Source: an uncultured delta proteobacterium
GTDB taxonomy: Bacteria; Myxococcota_A; Polyangia; Fen-1088
Assembly: GCA_963755125.1 (NCBI GenBank)
Contig: CAVWIP010000008.1
Span: forward strand, 416,001-480,000
Reading direction: 5' to 3'
DNA length: 64,000 nucleotides
Position 1 is the stretch's first letter, and the number at the start of each line of letters is the position of its first letter. The notes under the pieces were generated by a model. That model searched no databases. It was given only the letters and a program-made list of their open reading frames with translations, and was not told the origin of the DNA. Of this stretch, positions 48,628 to 57,588 are shown one piece after another. Position numbers and translations under genes: made by a program.

Positions 48628-50457
48628 ATGGCATCGAAACGCGCCCTCCTGGAACTCCTCTCCCGTGACGAACTGCTGGCAGCCGTCGACCTGTTCGGCG
48701 TCGAGGTCCCCGACCGGCGAGCCAAGGACGGTATTGTGGACGCCCTGGTTGCGTCGCGGAAGGTCAGCCTGGCCCAGGTTCTGGCGGACTTTCCGCGCGA
48801 CCGGCTGAAGGATCTGTGCCGCTCGCTGTGCCTGGATGACGCAGGCCGAGAGAAGACCGCCCTGATCGACCGGCTGACCGGCGCCAGCACCACCGTGGCG
48901 GCCGGCAACGGCAACGGCGTCGCCGCTGCCCAGCCCAGAACCAACGGCAAGCAGGCCACCGCCGCGCCGCCCACCGGCAAGCTCACCCGCGAGCAGCTTG
49001 AAGGCTACCTTTGGTCGGCCGCCGACATCCTGCGCGGGTCCATCGACTCGTCGGACTACAAGAACTACATCCTCGGGCTCCTCTTCCTAAAACGGCTGTC
49101 GGACCGTTTCGGAGAGGAATGCGACACCTTGGTCGACGCTGGCGACGATCCCGAGGACAAGGACAACCACCAGTTCTTCGTGCCCAGGCGGGCACGCTGG
49201 TCCGAGATCCAGAAGGCGGCCAGCAACATCGGCGAGGTTCTCAACAAGGCGTGTGCGGCCCTGGAGGACGGCAACCCCGCGCTCGACGGCGTGCTGGCCG
49301 GGATCGACTACAACGACGAGCAGAAGCTGGGCGACACCAAGAACCGCGACAACGTGCTGTCGCGCCTGGTGCAGCACTTTTCCGGCTGCAACCTGCGCAA
49401 CGCCAACCTGTCCGAGCCGGATATGCTCGGCCGCGCCTACGAGTACCTGATCGAGAAGTTCGCCGACGACGCGGGCAAGAAGGGCGGCGAGTTCTACACG
49501 CCCAAGAAGGTGGTCGAGCTGATCGTCGAGATCTTGGCGCCCAAGGAAGGCATGCGCATCTGCGATCCGACCTGCGGCTCGGGCGGCATGCTGATCGAGT
49601 GCGCACGCCACCTGGAGCGGCACGGGCAGAACCCGAAAAACCTGTCGCTCTTCGGCCAGGAAAAGAACCTGGGCACCTGGGCCATCTGCCAGATGAACAT
49701 GCTGTTGCATGGGATCACGTCCCACATCTTCAAGGGCGACACCATCCGCGATCCGAAGCTGGTCGATGGCGGCGAGCTGCGCCTCTACGACCGGGTGATC
49801 GCCAATCCGCCCTTCTCGCTGGATGACTGGGGCCGCGAGGTGGCCGAGCACGATCCCTGGGGCCGTTTTCGCTTCGGCATCCCGCCCAAGACCAAGGGCG
49901 ACCTGGCCTTTGTCCAGCACATGATCGCCACCCTGAACCTGCACGGCCAGCTTGGCGTGGTCATGCCCCATGGCGTGCTTTTCCGTGGCGCGGCCGAGGG
50001 CGAGATCCGGCAAGGCATCTTGAAGGAAGACCTGGTCGAGGCCGTGATCGGCCTGCCGCCCAACCTGTTCTACGGCACCGGCATCCCGGCCGCGATCTTG
50101 ATCATGAATCGCGAAAAGAGGCGCGAGCGCAAGGCCAAGGTGCTGTTCATCGAGGCGTCGCGGGAGTTCCGCGAGGGCAGCGCCCAGAACTACCTGCGCG
50201 ACGAGGACGTGAAGAAGATCGCCGCCACCTTCCACGCCTGGAAAGACGTGCCCAAGTACGCGCGGGTTGTGGACCTGGCCGAGATCGAGAAGAACGACTT
50301 CAACCTGAACATCAGCCGCTACGTGGAAACCACCGAGGCCGCCGAGAAGGTCGATGTGGCTGCCGCCATCGCCAAGCTGCGCGAGGCAGAGAAGAAACGT
50401 GCCGAGGCTGAGGCGAAGATGAACGGGTTCTTGAAGGAGCTGGGGTATGACGCCTGA
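48628..50457 (+). CDS. hsdM: Type I RM methyltransferase with N-terminal helical extension
   Basis: LWSAADILRG, GEFYTP, DPTCGSGG, ANPPF, PHGVLFRG. Confidence 0.95.
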   Translation: MASKRALLELLSRDELLAAVDLFGVEVPDRRAKDGIVDALVASRKVSLAQVLADFPRDRLKDLCRSLCLDDAGREKTALIDRLTGASTTVAAGNGNGVAAAQPRTNGKQATAAPPTGKLTREQLEGYLWSAADILRGSIDSSDYKNYILGLLFLKRLSDRFGEECDTLVDAGDDPEDKDNHQFFVPRRARWSEIQKAASNIGEVLNKACAALEDGNPALDGVLAGIDYNDEQKLGDTKNRDNVLSRLVQHFSGCNLRNANLSEPDMLGRAYEYLIEKFADDAGKKGGEFYTPKKVVELIVEILAPKEGMRICDPTCGSGGMLIECARHLERHGQNPKNLSLFGQEKNLGTWAICQMNMLLHGITSHIFKGDTIRDPKLVDGGELRLYDRVIANPPFSLDDWGREVAEHDPWGRFRFGIPPKTKGDLAFVQHMIATLNLHGQLGVVMPHGVLFRGAAEGEIRQGILKEDLVEAVIGLPPNLFYGTGIPAAILIMNREKRRERKAKVLFIEASREFREGSAQNYLRDEDVKKIAATFHAWKDVPKYARVVDLAEIEKNDFNLNISRYVETTEAAEKVDVAAAIAKLREAEKKRAEAEAKMNGFLKELGYDA

Positions 50458-51721
50458 CAATCTGCCGCCGGAATGGTCCTGGCGGCTAGTTCAGGACATC
50501 GGGAAAGTCGTCACTGGAAGCACTCCAAGCACCAGCGAGGCAGCCTTGTGGGGCGGCCCGATTCCATTCGTTACCCCTACCGACCTCAGCCAATCGGCAA
50601 TCGTATGGAGCACTGCCCGAACGCTGTCCGACGAGGGTGCTGCAAGAGCGAGGCTGCTTCCTCCCCGAAGCGTTCTGGTGACGTGCATTGCTTCGATAGG
50701 CAAGAACGCATTGACCAGCGCACGCTGCTGCACCAACCAGCAGATCAATGCGATCGTCTGCAACGAACTGGTGTGGCCCGAATTTGTTTACTATGGTTTA
50801 TGCCATCGCACGGCCGAGCTTCAGCGTCTCGCCGGTGCCACCGCCGTGCCAATTGTGAGCAAAGGCAAGTTCGAGCAGTTTGGCTTGCCTCTCCCACCAC
50901 TCCCCGAGCAGCGGAAGATCGCGGCCATCCTGTCGTCGGTGGACGACGCCATCGAGGCGAGCCAGGCCGTGATCGACCAGCTCCAGGTCGTGAAGAAGGC
51001 CATGATGGCCGAGCTGCTCACCAAGGGCCTCCCCGGCCGCCACAAGAAGTTCAAGAATACCGAAATCGGCCAAGTGCCGGTCGAATGGACGGTATGCACC
51101 ATTGATTCTCTCGGCATGAACGCTGAGGCAACAGTGAGATCTGGCCCATTTGGATCGTCGATGAAGACGAAGGATTTCGTAGCTTCCGGCGTCCCAGTTC
51201 TCACCATCCAGTCGCTTGGTCACGGGGAGCTGCTTCGGGAGGGGCTGTTTTACGTCAGCAATGAGAAGGCTCGGGAACTGGCCGAGTACAAGGTGCGCCC
51301 GAATGACGTGGTCTTTTCTCGTGTTGCGGACATTGGGCGATGCGCGTCGATTTCCCGAGAGGAAGACGGATGGCTGATTTCCCCGAATCTCTCGCGAATC
51401 CGGTTGGACCCGGGAAAAACCGACGCGCGATTTCTCATGTACCTCATCACCATTGGGGCAAGCGTTCTTCGCCAGGTTGAGATGGTCGCCGGGAACGCTG
51501 GACGGTCGGTGATATCGTCGGCCACGCTGAAGGAATTGCGCCTCCCCGTTCCAGAACTACCGGAGCAGCATGCGATCGCTGCCGCCGGGCAGGAGCTTGA
51601 GCAGCGTCTCACCGCCGAGCGCCAATACCTGATTCAACTCCAGGATACCAAGTCCGCCCTCATGTCCGTCCTCCTCACCGGCGAGGTCCGCGTGCGCGTG
51701 GACAAGGACGCGGCTGCCTGA
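50447..51721 (+). CDS. hsdS: Type I RM specificity subunit
   Basis: Two TRDs; PPLPEQRKIAAIL conserved region; LLTGEVRV terminus. Confidence 0.95.
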   Translation: MTPDNLPPEWSWRLVQDIGKVVTGSTPSTSEAALWGGPIPFVTPTDLSQSAIVWSTARTLSDEGAARARLLPPRSVLVTCIASIGKNALTSARCCTNQQINAIVCNELVWPEFVYYGLCHRTAELQRLAGATAVPIVSKGKFEQFGLPLPPLPEQRKIAAILSSVDDAIEASQAVIDQLQVVKKAMMAELLTKGLPGRHKKFKNTEIGQVPVEWTVCTIDSLGMNAEATVRSGPFGSSMKTKDFVASGVPVLTIQSLGHGELLREGLFYVSNEKARELAEYKVRPNDVVFSRVADIGRCASISREEDGWLISPNLSRIRLDPGKTDARFLMYLITIGASVLRQVEMVAGNAGRSVISSATLKELRLPVPELPEQHAIAAAGQELEQRLTAERQYLIQLQDTKSALMSVLLTGEVRVRVDKDAAA

Positions 51722-51744
51722 AGGTTGATCGGAAGGCTGAGTGG

Positions 51745-52377
51745 ATGGAACGGAAGATCTTTCACATCACTCACGTAGACAACCTGGCTTCCATCGTCGC
51801 TGATGGAGAGCTGGTGTCAGACGCGACCATGATCGCGCGTGGTGGTCCAACAGCGAGCGTGGGAATGGACGAGATCAAGCGGCGGCGACTCGGGCTGCCT
51901 GTGCCTTGCCATGCAGGAACCAAGGTCGGCGACTACGTGCCGTTCTACTTCTGTCCCCGGTCGGTCATGCTGTACGTTCTTCATTGCGCCAATCATCCCA
52001 GTTTGACCTACCGGGGTGGCCAGGATCCGATCGTCCACCTGGAAGCGGATCTGGATGGGGTCTTCGCCTGGGCGGAGACGCAGAAGCGGCCTTGCGCTTT
52101 CAGCCTGTCGAACGCGGGGGCGCGCTATGCGGAGTTTCGATCGGATCCCGCAGACCTGGATCAGGTCAACTGGGGCGCGGTGGGCGCGACGGACTTCAGC
52201 GATCCGTCGGTGAAGGAAGGCAAGCAGGCCGAGTTTCTGGTCTACGGCACATTCCCGTGGAAACTTGTGTCCCGCGTCGGGGTCCGCTCGCAAGCCATGC
52301 GAACCCGCGTCACCTCGGTCCTTGGCACGGCGAAGCACCAGCCTCTGGTTGAGATCAGAACGGATTGGTACTATTAG
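51745..52377 (+). CDS. darT: DarT ssDNA ADP-ribosyltransferase toxin (DUF4433)
   Basis: FHITHVDNL, YVPFYFCPRSVML, KQAEFLV with the catalytic Glu. Confidence 0.9.
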   Translation: MERKIFHITHVDNLASIVADGELVSDATMIARGGPTASVGMDEIKRRRLGLPVPCHAGTKVGDYVPFYFCPRSVMLYVLHCANHPSLTYRGGQDPIVHLEADLDGVFAWAETQKRPCAFSLSNAGARYAEFRSDPADLDQVNWGAVGATDFSDPSVKEGKQAEFLVYGTFPWKLVSRVGVRSQAMRTRVTSVLGTAKHQPLVEIRTDWYY

Positions 52378-52391
52378 AGGAGGGAGCTGCG

Positions 52392-53450
52392 ATGATCACC
52401 CGCGCAAGTGGCGACCTGCTGAAAGCTGACGCGGAAGCGCTGGTCAATACCGTGAACTGCGTGGGGTTCATGGGCCGAGGAATCGCGCTTCAGTTCAAAC
52501 GCGCTTTTCCACAGAACTTCAAGGTTTATCAGGCGGCCTGCAAGCGCCATGAGGTTCAGCCCGAAAAGATGCTGGTGGTTGAGACGGGCCAGCTCACCCA
52601 TCCTCGCTACATCGTCAACTTCCCCACGAAACGGCATTGGCGGGGCCCAAGTCGCCTCGACGATATTGAAACAGGGCTGGCGGCGCTGGCGGCAGAGGTG
52701 CGCCGGTTGGGCATCCGGTCCATCGCCGTCCCGCCGCTCGGCTGTGGACTTGGAGGGCTCGACTGGTCCGAGGTCCGGCCGCGTATCGAACGCGCCTTCG
52801 CGGCGCTGCCAGAGGTCCAGGTCCTTCTGTTCGAGCCATCGCAGACAGTCGACACACAAATGGGCAACCGCAGCGCCGAGGTTCCCCACCTCACACCCGG
52901 CCGGGCCGTGCTGGTGGGCCTCATCGACCGCTACCTGGCAGGATTGATGGATCCGACCATCTCGCTGCTGGAGATCCACAAGCTCCTCTACTTTGCCCAG
53001 GAAGCACATGAGCCGTTGCGCTTGCGCTTCACCAAGGCACTCTACGGCCCCTACGCAGAGAACCTGCGCCACGTTCTGGCCTGCATCGAGGGCCACTACG
53101 TTGTCGGCTATGCCGACGGTGGCGATAAACCGGAAAAGCAGCTCGAATTGGTCCCGGGTGCGGCTGCGGAGGCGAGTCGGTTTCTGGAGTCGTGTCCCGA
53201 GACCCGCTCGCGTTTCGAGCGGGTCGCTGACTTGGTTCAAGGTTTTGAAAGCCCCTTCGGCATGGAGCTGCTGGCGACTGTACACTGGGTGGCGACGAGA
53301 GAGGGGGCGACCAGCCCCGCGGAGGCCACCAAGGCGGTCCACGATTGGAACCTACGCAAACGCTGTTTCACACCGCCACAGATTCAAGTTGCGTGGGACG
53401 TGCTGGCAAGCAAGGGCTGGCTTCCCTCGGTCGCCGCATCGGCCGCATGA
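52392..53450 (+). CDS. darG: DarG macrodomain antitoxin
   Basis: VNTVNCVGFMGRGIALQFK, NFPTK.HW, PPLGCGLGGLDW, GFESPFGMELLATVHW. Confidence 0.9.
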   Translation: MITRASGDLLKADAEALVNTVNCVGFMGRGIALQFKRAFPQNFKVYQAACKRHEVQPEKMLVVETGQLTHPRYIVNFPTKRHWRGPSRLDDIETGLAALAAEVRRLGIRSIAVPPLGCGLGGLDWSEVRPRIERAFAALPEVQVLLFEPSQTVDTQMGNRSAEVPHLTPGRAVLVGLIDRYLAGLMDPTISLLEIHKLLYFAQEAHEPLRLRFTKALYGPYAENLRHVLACIEGHYVVGYADGGDKPEKQLELVPGAAAEASRFLESCPETRSRFERVADLVQGFESPFGMELLATVHWVATREGATSPAEATKAVHDWNLRKRCFTPPQIQVAWDVLASKGWLPSVAASAA

Positions 53451-53750
53451 CAGCTGCGAGTTCCAGGACTAACAGGAATGGCCGGAAATGGCCCGGAGAA
53501 TGGCCAGAATGGCCCACGATAGAGCAAAGCTACATGGTTACAGCATATTGCCGCATGCGTCTCGTGCGCATATTGCACGCATATCTATGTGCTGCCGACC
53601 CGAAATACCTCCCCTGAACAACAAAAAGCCCCGGGAAAGCCCGAGGCCAGTTGTCGACCCGGAACGCCCAGTCCTTGGGTCGGAACTTTGGATCTGCGGA
53701 TCTGTCCGGTCAAGGCGCACGCCAGTGGCTTCACCATCGGAGACAGCGCC

Positions 53751-56700
53751 GTGACCCCATCCCTCGGCCGCGACTGGAACGAGGCCAAGCTCTCCGAAGA
53801 TCCGGCGGTCGAGCTGCTGGAACGGCTCGGCTACACCTACGTCCCGCCCGAGGTTCTCGAAGCCGAGCGCGAATCGCTCAAGGAAGCCGTGCTTACCAAG
53901 CGGCTCGCGGTTGCTCTCAAGCGCCTGAATCGCTGGCTGTCGGACGACAACCTGGCCAAGGCCGTGCGGACCGTGACCACGATCCAGGCGACGAGTCTGA
54001 TCGAGGCCAGCGAGCGCGTTCACATCATCATCACCCAGGGCATCGCGCTCGACCAGGATCTGGGCGACGGGAAGAAGGGGCAGACGGTTCGCTTCATCGA
54101 CTTCGATGACTCGACCAAGAATGAATTCGTCGTCACCCGACAGTTTGGTGTGATCGGCAGCAAGAAGAAGATCATCCCGGACGTGGTGGTCTTCGTGAAC
54201 GGGCTGCCAGTGGCCATCATCGAGTGCAAGAGCCCGACCCTGGGCGACGGCTGGAAGGCCGAGGCCATCGACCAGTTCTCGCGCTACCAGGAAATGGAAG
54301 ACCGCTATCACGAGCTGGGTGCGCCCAAGCTGTTCGAGACGATGCAGGTGCTGATCGTGGCCTGTCGCGAGGCGGCCGTGTACGGCACAGTGACCACGCC
54401 GCATCGGTTCTTTGCCGAATGGAAGGCCACCTGGCCGCGCTCGGCGAGCGAGCTTGAGGCTGTGTGTGGACGAAAGCCGACGATCCAGGATGTGGCGCTG
54501 GCCGGGCTGCTCACGCCGGAGACGCTGCTCGACCTGATGCGGAATTTCGTCGTGTTCGAGCGCGATTCCTCCAGCGGCCGAACCATCCGCAAGCTGTGCC
54601 GCTATCAGCAGTTCGTCGCGGTGAACAAGGCCGTGCAGCGCGCACGCGCCGCCAAGAAGCCCACCGATCGCGGCGGCGTGGTCTGGCACACTCAGGGCTC
54701 GGGCAAGAGCCTGACCATGCTCTGGCTGGCGCTCAAGCTGCGCAACGATCCGAGGCAGGACAACCCCACGCTGGTGATCGTGACCGACCGGACTGACCTG
54801 GATGATCAGATCACCAAGACTTTCCACGCCTGCGGCTTTCGCAACCCCGAGCAGGCCGAAAGCGTGCGCCACCTGCGCGAGCTGCTGTCCGGGCCGACGG
54901 GCAAGACCATCCTGACGACGGTGCAGAAGTTCCAAGAATTGACGGCGAGCGAGCCCAGGCGGCGGACCGATCGCGCCCAGCACCCCACCCTGTCGCTGGC
55001 CCGCAACATCTTCGTGCTGACCGACGAGGCGCACCGCACGCAATACGGCGGCCTGGCAGCCAACATGCGCCAGGCCCTGCCCAATGCTGCCTTCTTCGGC
55101 TTCACCGGCACGCCGATCGACAAGAAGGACCGCAGCACGCTGACCACGTTCGGCAGCTACATCGACACCTACACCATCGAGCAGGCGGTCGTGGACGGCG
55201 CCACGGTGCCGATTTTCTACGAGAGCCGCCTGCCCGAGCTGCGCATTGTCGGCAACACCCTGGACGCCCTGTTCGACCGCGTGTTCGCCGACCGCAGCGA
55301 GGAAGAGCGCGAGGCCATCAAGAAGAAGTACGCCAACGAGGCGACCATCGCGGGTGCGCCCAAGCGGGTCGAGGCCATCTGCCTGGACCTGGTCACGCAT
55401 TTCACCCAGTTCATCCGACCCAACGGCTTCAAGGCGCAGGTGGTGACCTGCTCGCGCGAGATTGCGTGCCTGTACAAGGAGACGCTGGATCGCCTGAACG
55501 CGCCCCAATCGGCGGTCGTCGTCTCGGCGTCGAACAAGGATGACGATGCGCTGGTCAAGCACCACACCGACGAAAAACAGCGCAAGGACATCATCGAGCG
55601 GTTTCTGAAGCACGACAATCCGCTGTCGATCTTAGTGGTGTGCGACATGCTGCTGACCGGGTTCGATGCGCCGGTCGAGCAGGTCATGTACTTAGACTCG
55701 CCGCTGAAGGAACACACCCTCCTGCAAGCCATAGCCCGTGTGAACCGCACCGCCGACAAGAAAACCTACGGCTTGATCGTGGACTACTGGGGCGTGTCCG
55801 AGGCTCTGCAAGAGGCGCTGGCAATCTTCGCGCCGAGCGACATCAAGGGCGCCATGCACCCCAAGGGCGACGAGCTACCGCGCCTGCAAGCCCGGCACGC
55901 TGCCGCCATGCGCTTCTTCGTGCGAGTGAAAGACAAGAACGATCTCGACGCCTGCGTGGCCGTGCTGGAGCCCGAGGACGTGCGCGCCGAGTTCGACAGC
56001 GCGTTCAAGCGGTTCGCGCAGTCCCTGGACATGCTGCTGCCCGACCCGAGGGCACTGCCCTATGTTGCCGATGGCCGCTGGCTGGGCAAGATCCGGGGGA
56101 CGGCCGCCGCGCGGTTCCGGGACAGCAAGCTGGACGTCTCCGACTGCGGCGAAAAGGTGCGCATGCTGATCGAGGACGCCGTGATCGCGGACGGCATCCA
56201 GATCCTGGTCAAGCAGGTGTCGCTGTTCACGCCCGAGTTCGACGCCAAGCTGAACGCGCTCAAGACCGACGAGGCCCGCGCCAGCGAGATGGAGCATGCC
56301 ATCCGCGACGAGATCCACATCAAGCTAGAAGAAGATCCTGCCTTCTACACGTCGCTGCGCCAGCGCCTGGAGCAGATCATCGAGGACCGCAAGGCCAAGC
56401 GCATCGACGCGGCGGCGCAGTTGAAGATGTTCGAGGCGCTGACCAAGGACATCCGAGGCCGGGCCGATGCGGCCGAGAAAATGGGCCTGAGCCAGACCGG
56501 CCTGGCCATTTACGGCCTCCTGCACCTGCCAGGGGCCAAGGCGCGGGACGCCGCCGACGCGCCCTATGGCAAGCCCGACGAGGCCCAGACCGCCCTGGCT
56601 GGCCTGCTGGAAGAGCACCTGGCACCCCACGCCGAGATAGTCGATTGGCAGATGAAGGACGACGTCCAGCGCGAGATGCGCAAGGTGATCAAGAAACACC

Positions 56701-56786
56701 TCCGCGCGGCGGCCTATCCAGCCGAGCGGGTGGACAGCCTGGCCGAAGGCATCGTGGACCTGCTCAAGCGGAGGCGCCCCGCATGA
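53751..56786 (+). CDS. hsdR: Type I RM restriction subunit
   Basis: PDVVVFVNGLP..IECK, HTQGSGKS, DEAHR, GFTGTP, MLLTGFDAP, QAIARVNR; GTG start with GGAG. Confidence 0.95.
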   Translation: MTPSLGRDWNEAKLSEDPAVELLERLGYTYVPPEVLEAERESLKEAVLTKRLAVALKRLNRWLSDDNLAKAVRTVTTIQATSLIEASERVHIIITQGIALDQDLGDGKKGQTVRFIDFDDSTKNEFVVTRQFGVIGSKKKIIPDVVVFVNGLPVAIIECKSPTLGDGWKAEAIDQFSRYQEMEDRYHELGAPKLFETMQVLIVACREAAVYGTVTTPHRFFAEWKATWPRSASELEAVCGRKPTIQDVALAGLLTPETLLDLMRNFVVFERDSSSGRTIRKLCRYQQFVAVNKAVQRARAAKKPTDRGGVVWHTQGSGKSLTMLWLALKLRNDPRQDNPTLVIVTDRTDLDDQITKTFHACGFRNPEQAESVRHLRELLSGPTGKTILTTVQKFQELTASEPRRRTDRAQHPTLSLARNIFVLTDEAHRTQYGGLAANMRQALPNAAFFGFTGTPIDKKDRSTLTTFGSYIDTYTIEQAVVDGATVPIFYESRLPELRIVGNTLDALFDRVFADRSEEEREAIKKKYANEATIAGAPKRVEAICLDLVTHFTQFIRPNGFKAQVVTCSREIACLYKETLDRLNAPQSAVVVSASNKDDDALVKHHTDEKQRKDIIERFLKHDNPLSILVVCDMLLTGFDAPVEQVMYLDSPLKEHTLLQAIARVNRTADKKTYGLIVDYWGVSEALQEALAIFAPSDIKGAMHPKGDELPRLQARHAAAMRFFVRVKDKNDLDACVAVLEPEDVRAEFDSAFKRFAQSLDMLLPDPRALPYVADGRWLGKIRGTAAARFRDSKLDVSDCGEKVRMLIEDAVIADGIQILVKQVSLFTPEFDAKLNALKTDEARASEMEHAIRDEIHIKLEEDPAFYTSLRQRLEQIIEDRKAKRIDAAAQLKMFEALTKDIRGRADAAEKMGLSQTGLAIYGLLHLPGAKARDAADAPYGKPDEAQTALAGLLEEHLAPHAEIVDWQMKDDVQREMRKVIKKHLRAAAYPAERVDSLAEGIVDLLKRRRPA

Positions 56787-57502
56787 TGGCGATTGAGCGG
56801 TCCGAGGTGCGCTTCGGGCTGACGGCCATCCCATACATCGTCAGGCGCAGTCAGCGGCGCGGCACCGTGTCCATTGCCATCGACCCGGCCATGGGCGTCC
56901 TGCTGACCGCACCGCAGGCCACTCCGATCGCGCGGTTGGATCGCGTGGTGCATGACAAGGCACGATGGATCGTGGAGCGGCTCCGGCGTGGGCCGACGGG
57001 GGCGGAGCGCACGGCGCCGCGCGAGTTTGTGAACGGCGAGACCTTCCTGTACCTGGGCCGTCAGTACCGGCTGAAGATCGTGCCGGGTGCGGTGACCAGG
57101 GTAGCGCTCACGAGTGGCCGGCTGATGGTGACCCTGCCGGTGGGCAGCGCAGCGGCAGTGAGGAAGGCAGTGGTGGCATGGTACCGGCATCACGCCGCCG
57201 AGCGCCTGCCCGAGCGAGCCGCCATCTGGGCCAAGAAGACGGGCGTGCCGGCGCCGGTGGTGCTGATCCGCGACCAGCGCCGTCGTTGGGGGAGCTGCGA
57301 TCCCAAGGGCAACCTGCGCTTCAACTGGCGGATCGTCCAGGCCCCGATGCGGCTGGTGGACTACGTGGTGGCGCATGAGTTGGTACATCTAACGCACCGG
57401 AAGCATACGGCCGCGTTCTGGGCTGCGCTGGGCAGGGTCATGCCGGACTATGAGGCGCGGCGGGAGCGATTGTGTCAGGTCGGGAGGCGCCTTGAATGGT
57501 GA
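56783..57502 (+). CDS. M48/YgjP (DUF45) metallopeptidase-like protein
   Basis: GETFLYLGRQY, RWGSC, YVVAHELVH (HExxH); ATGA overlap with hsdR. Confidence 0.9.
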   Translation: MMAIERSEVRFGLTAIPYIVRRSQRRGTVSIAIDPAMGVLLTAPQATPIARLDRVVHDKARWIVERLRRGPTGAERTAPREFVNGETFLYLGRQYRLKIVPGAVTRVALTSGRLMVTLPVGSAAAVRKAVVAWYRHHAAERLPERAAIWAKKTGVPAPVVLIRDQRRRWGSCDPKGNLRFNWRIVQAPMRLVDYVVAHELVHLTHRKHTAAFWAALGRVMPDYEARRERLCQVGRRLEW

Positions 57503-57588
57503 GGGCGCATCCCGGATTCCTGCACAGAGGCGATGGCAAGGCAGAACCAATTGGACCGACGGAATCGCGGCCGTCTTCCTCCCGCCTT

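Noticed and set aside
55640..57502. 620-aa M48 fusion protein
   Set aside because: The first 381 codons are an alternative frame of hsdR; the real start is the ATGA overlap at 56783
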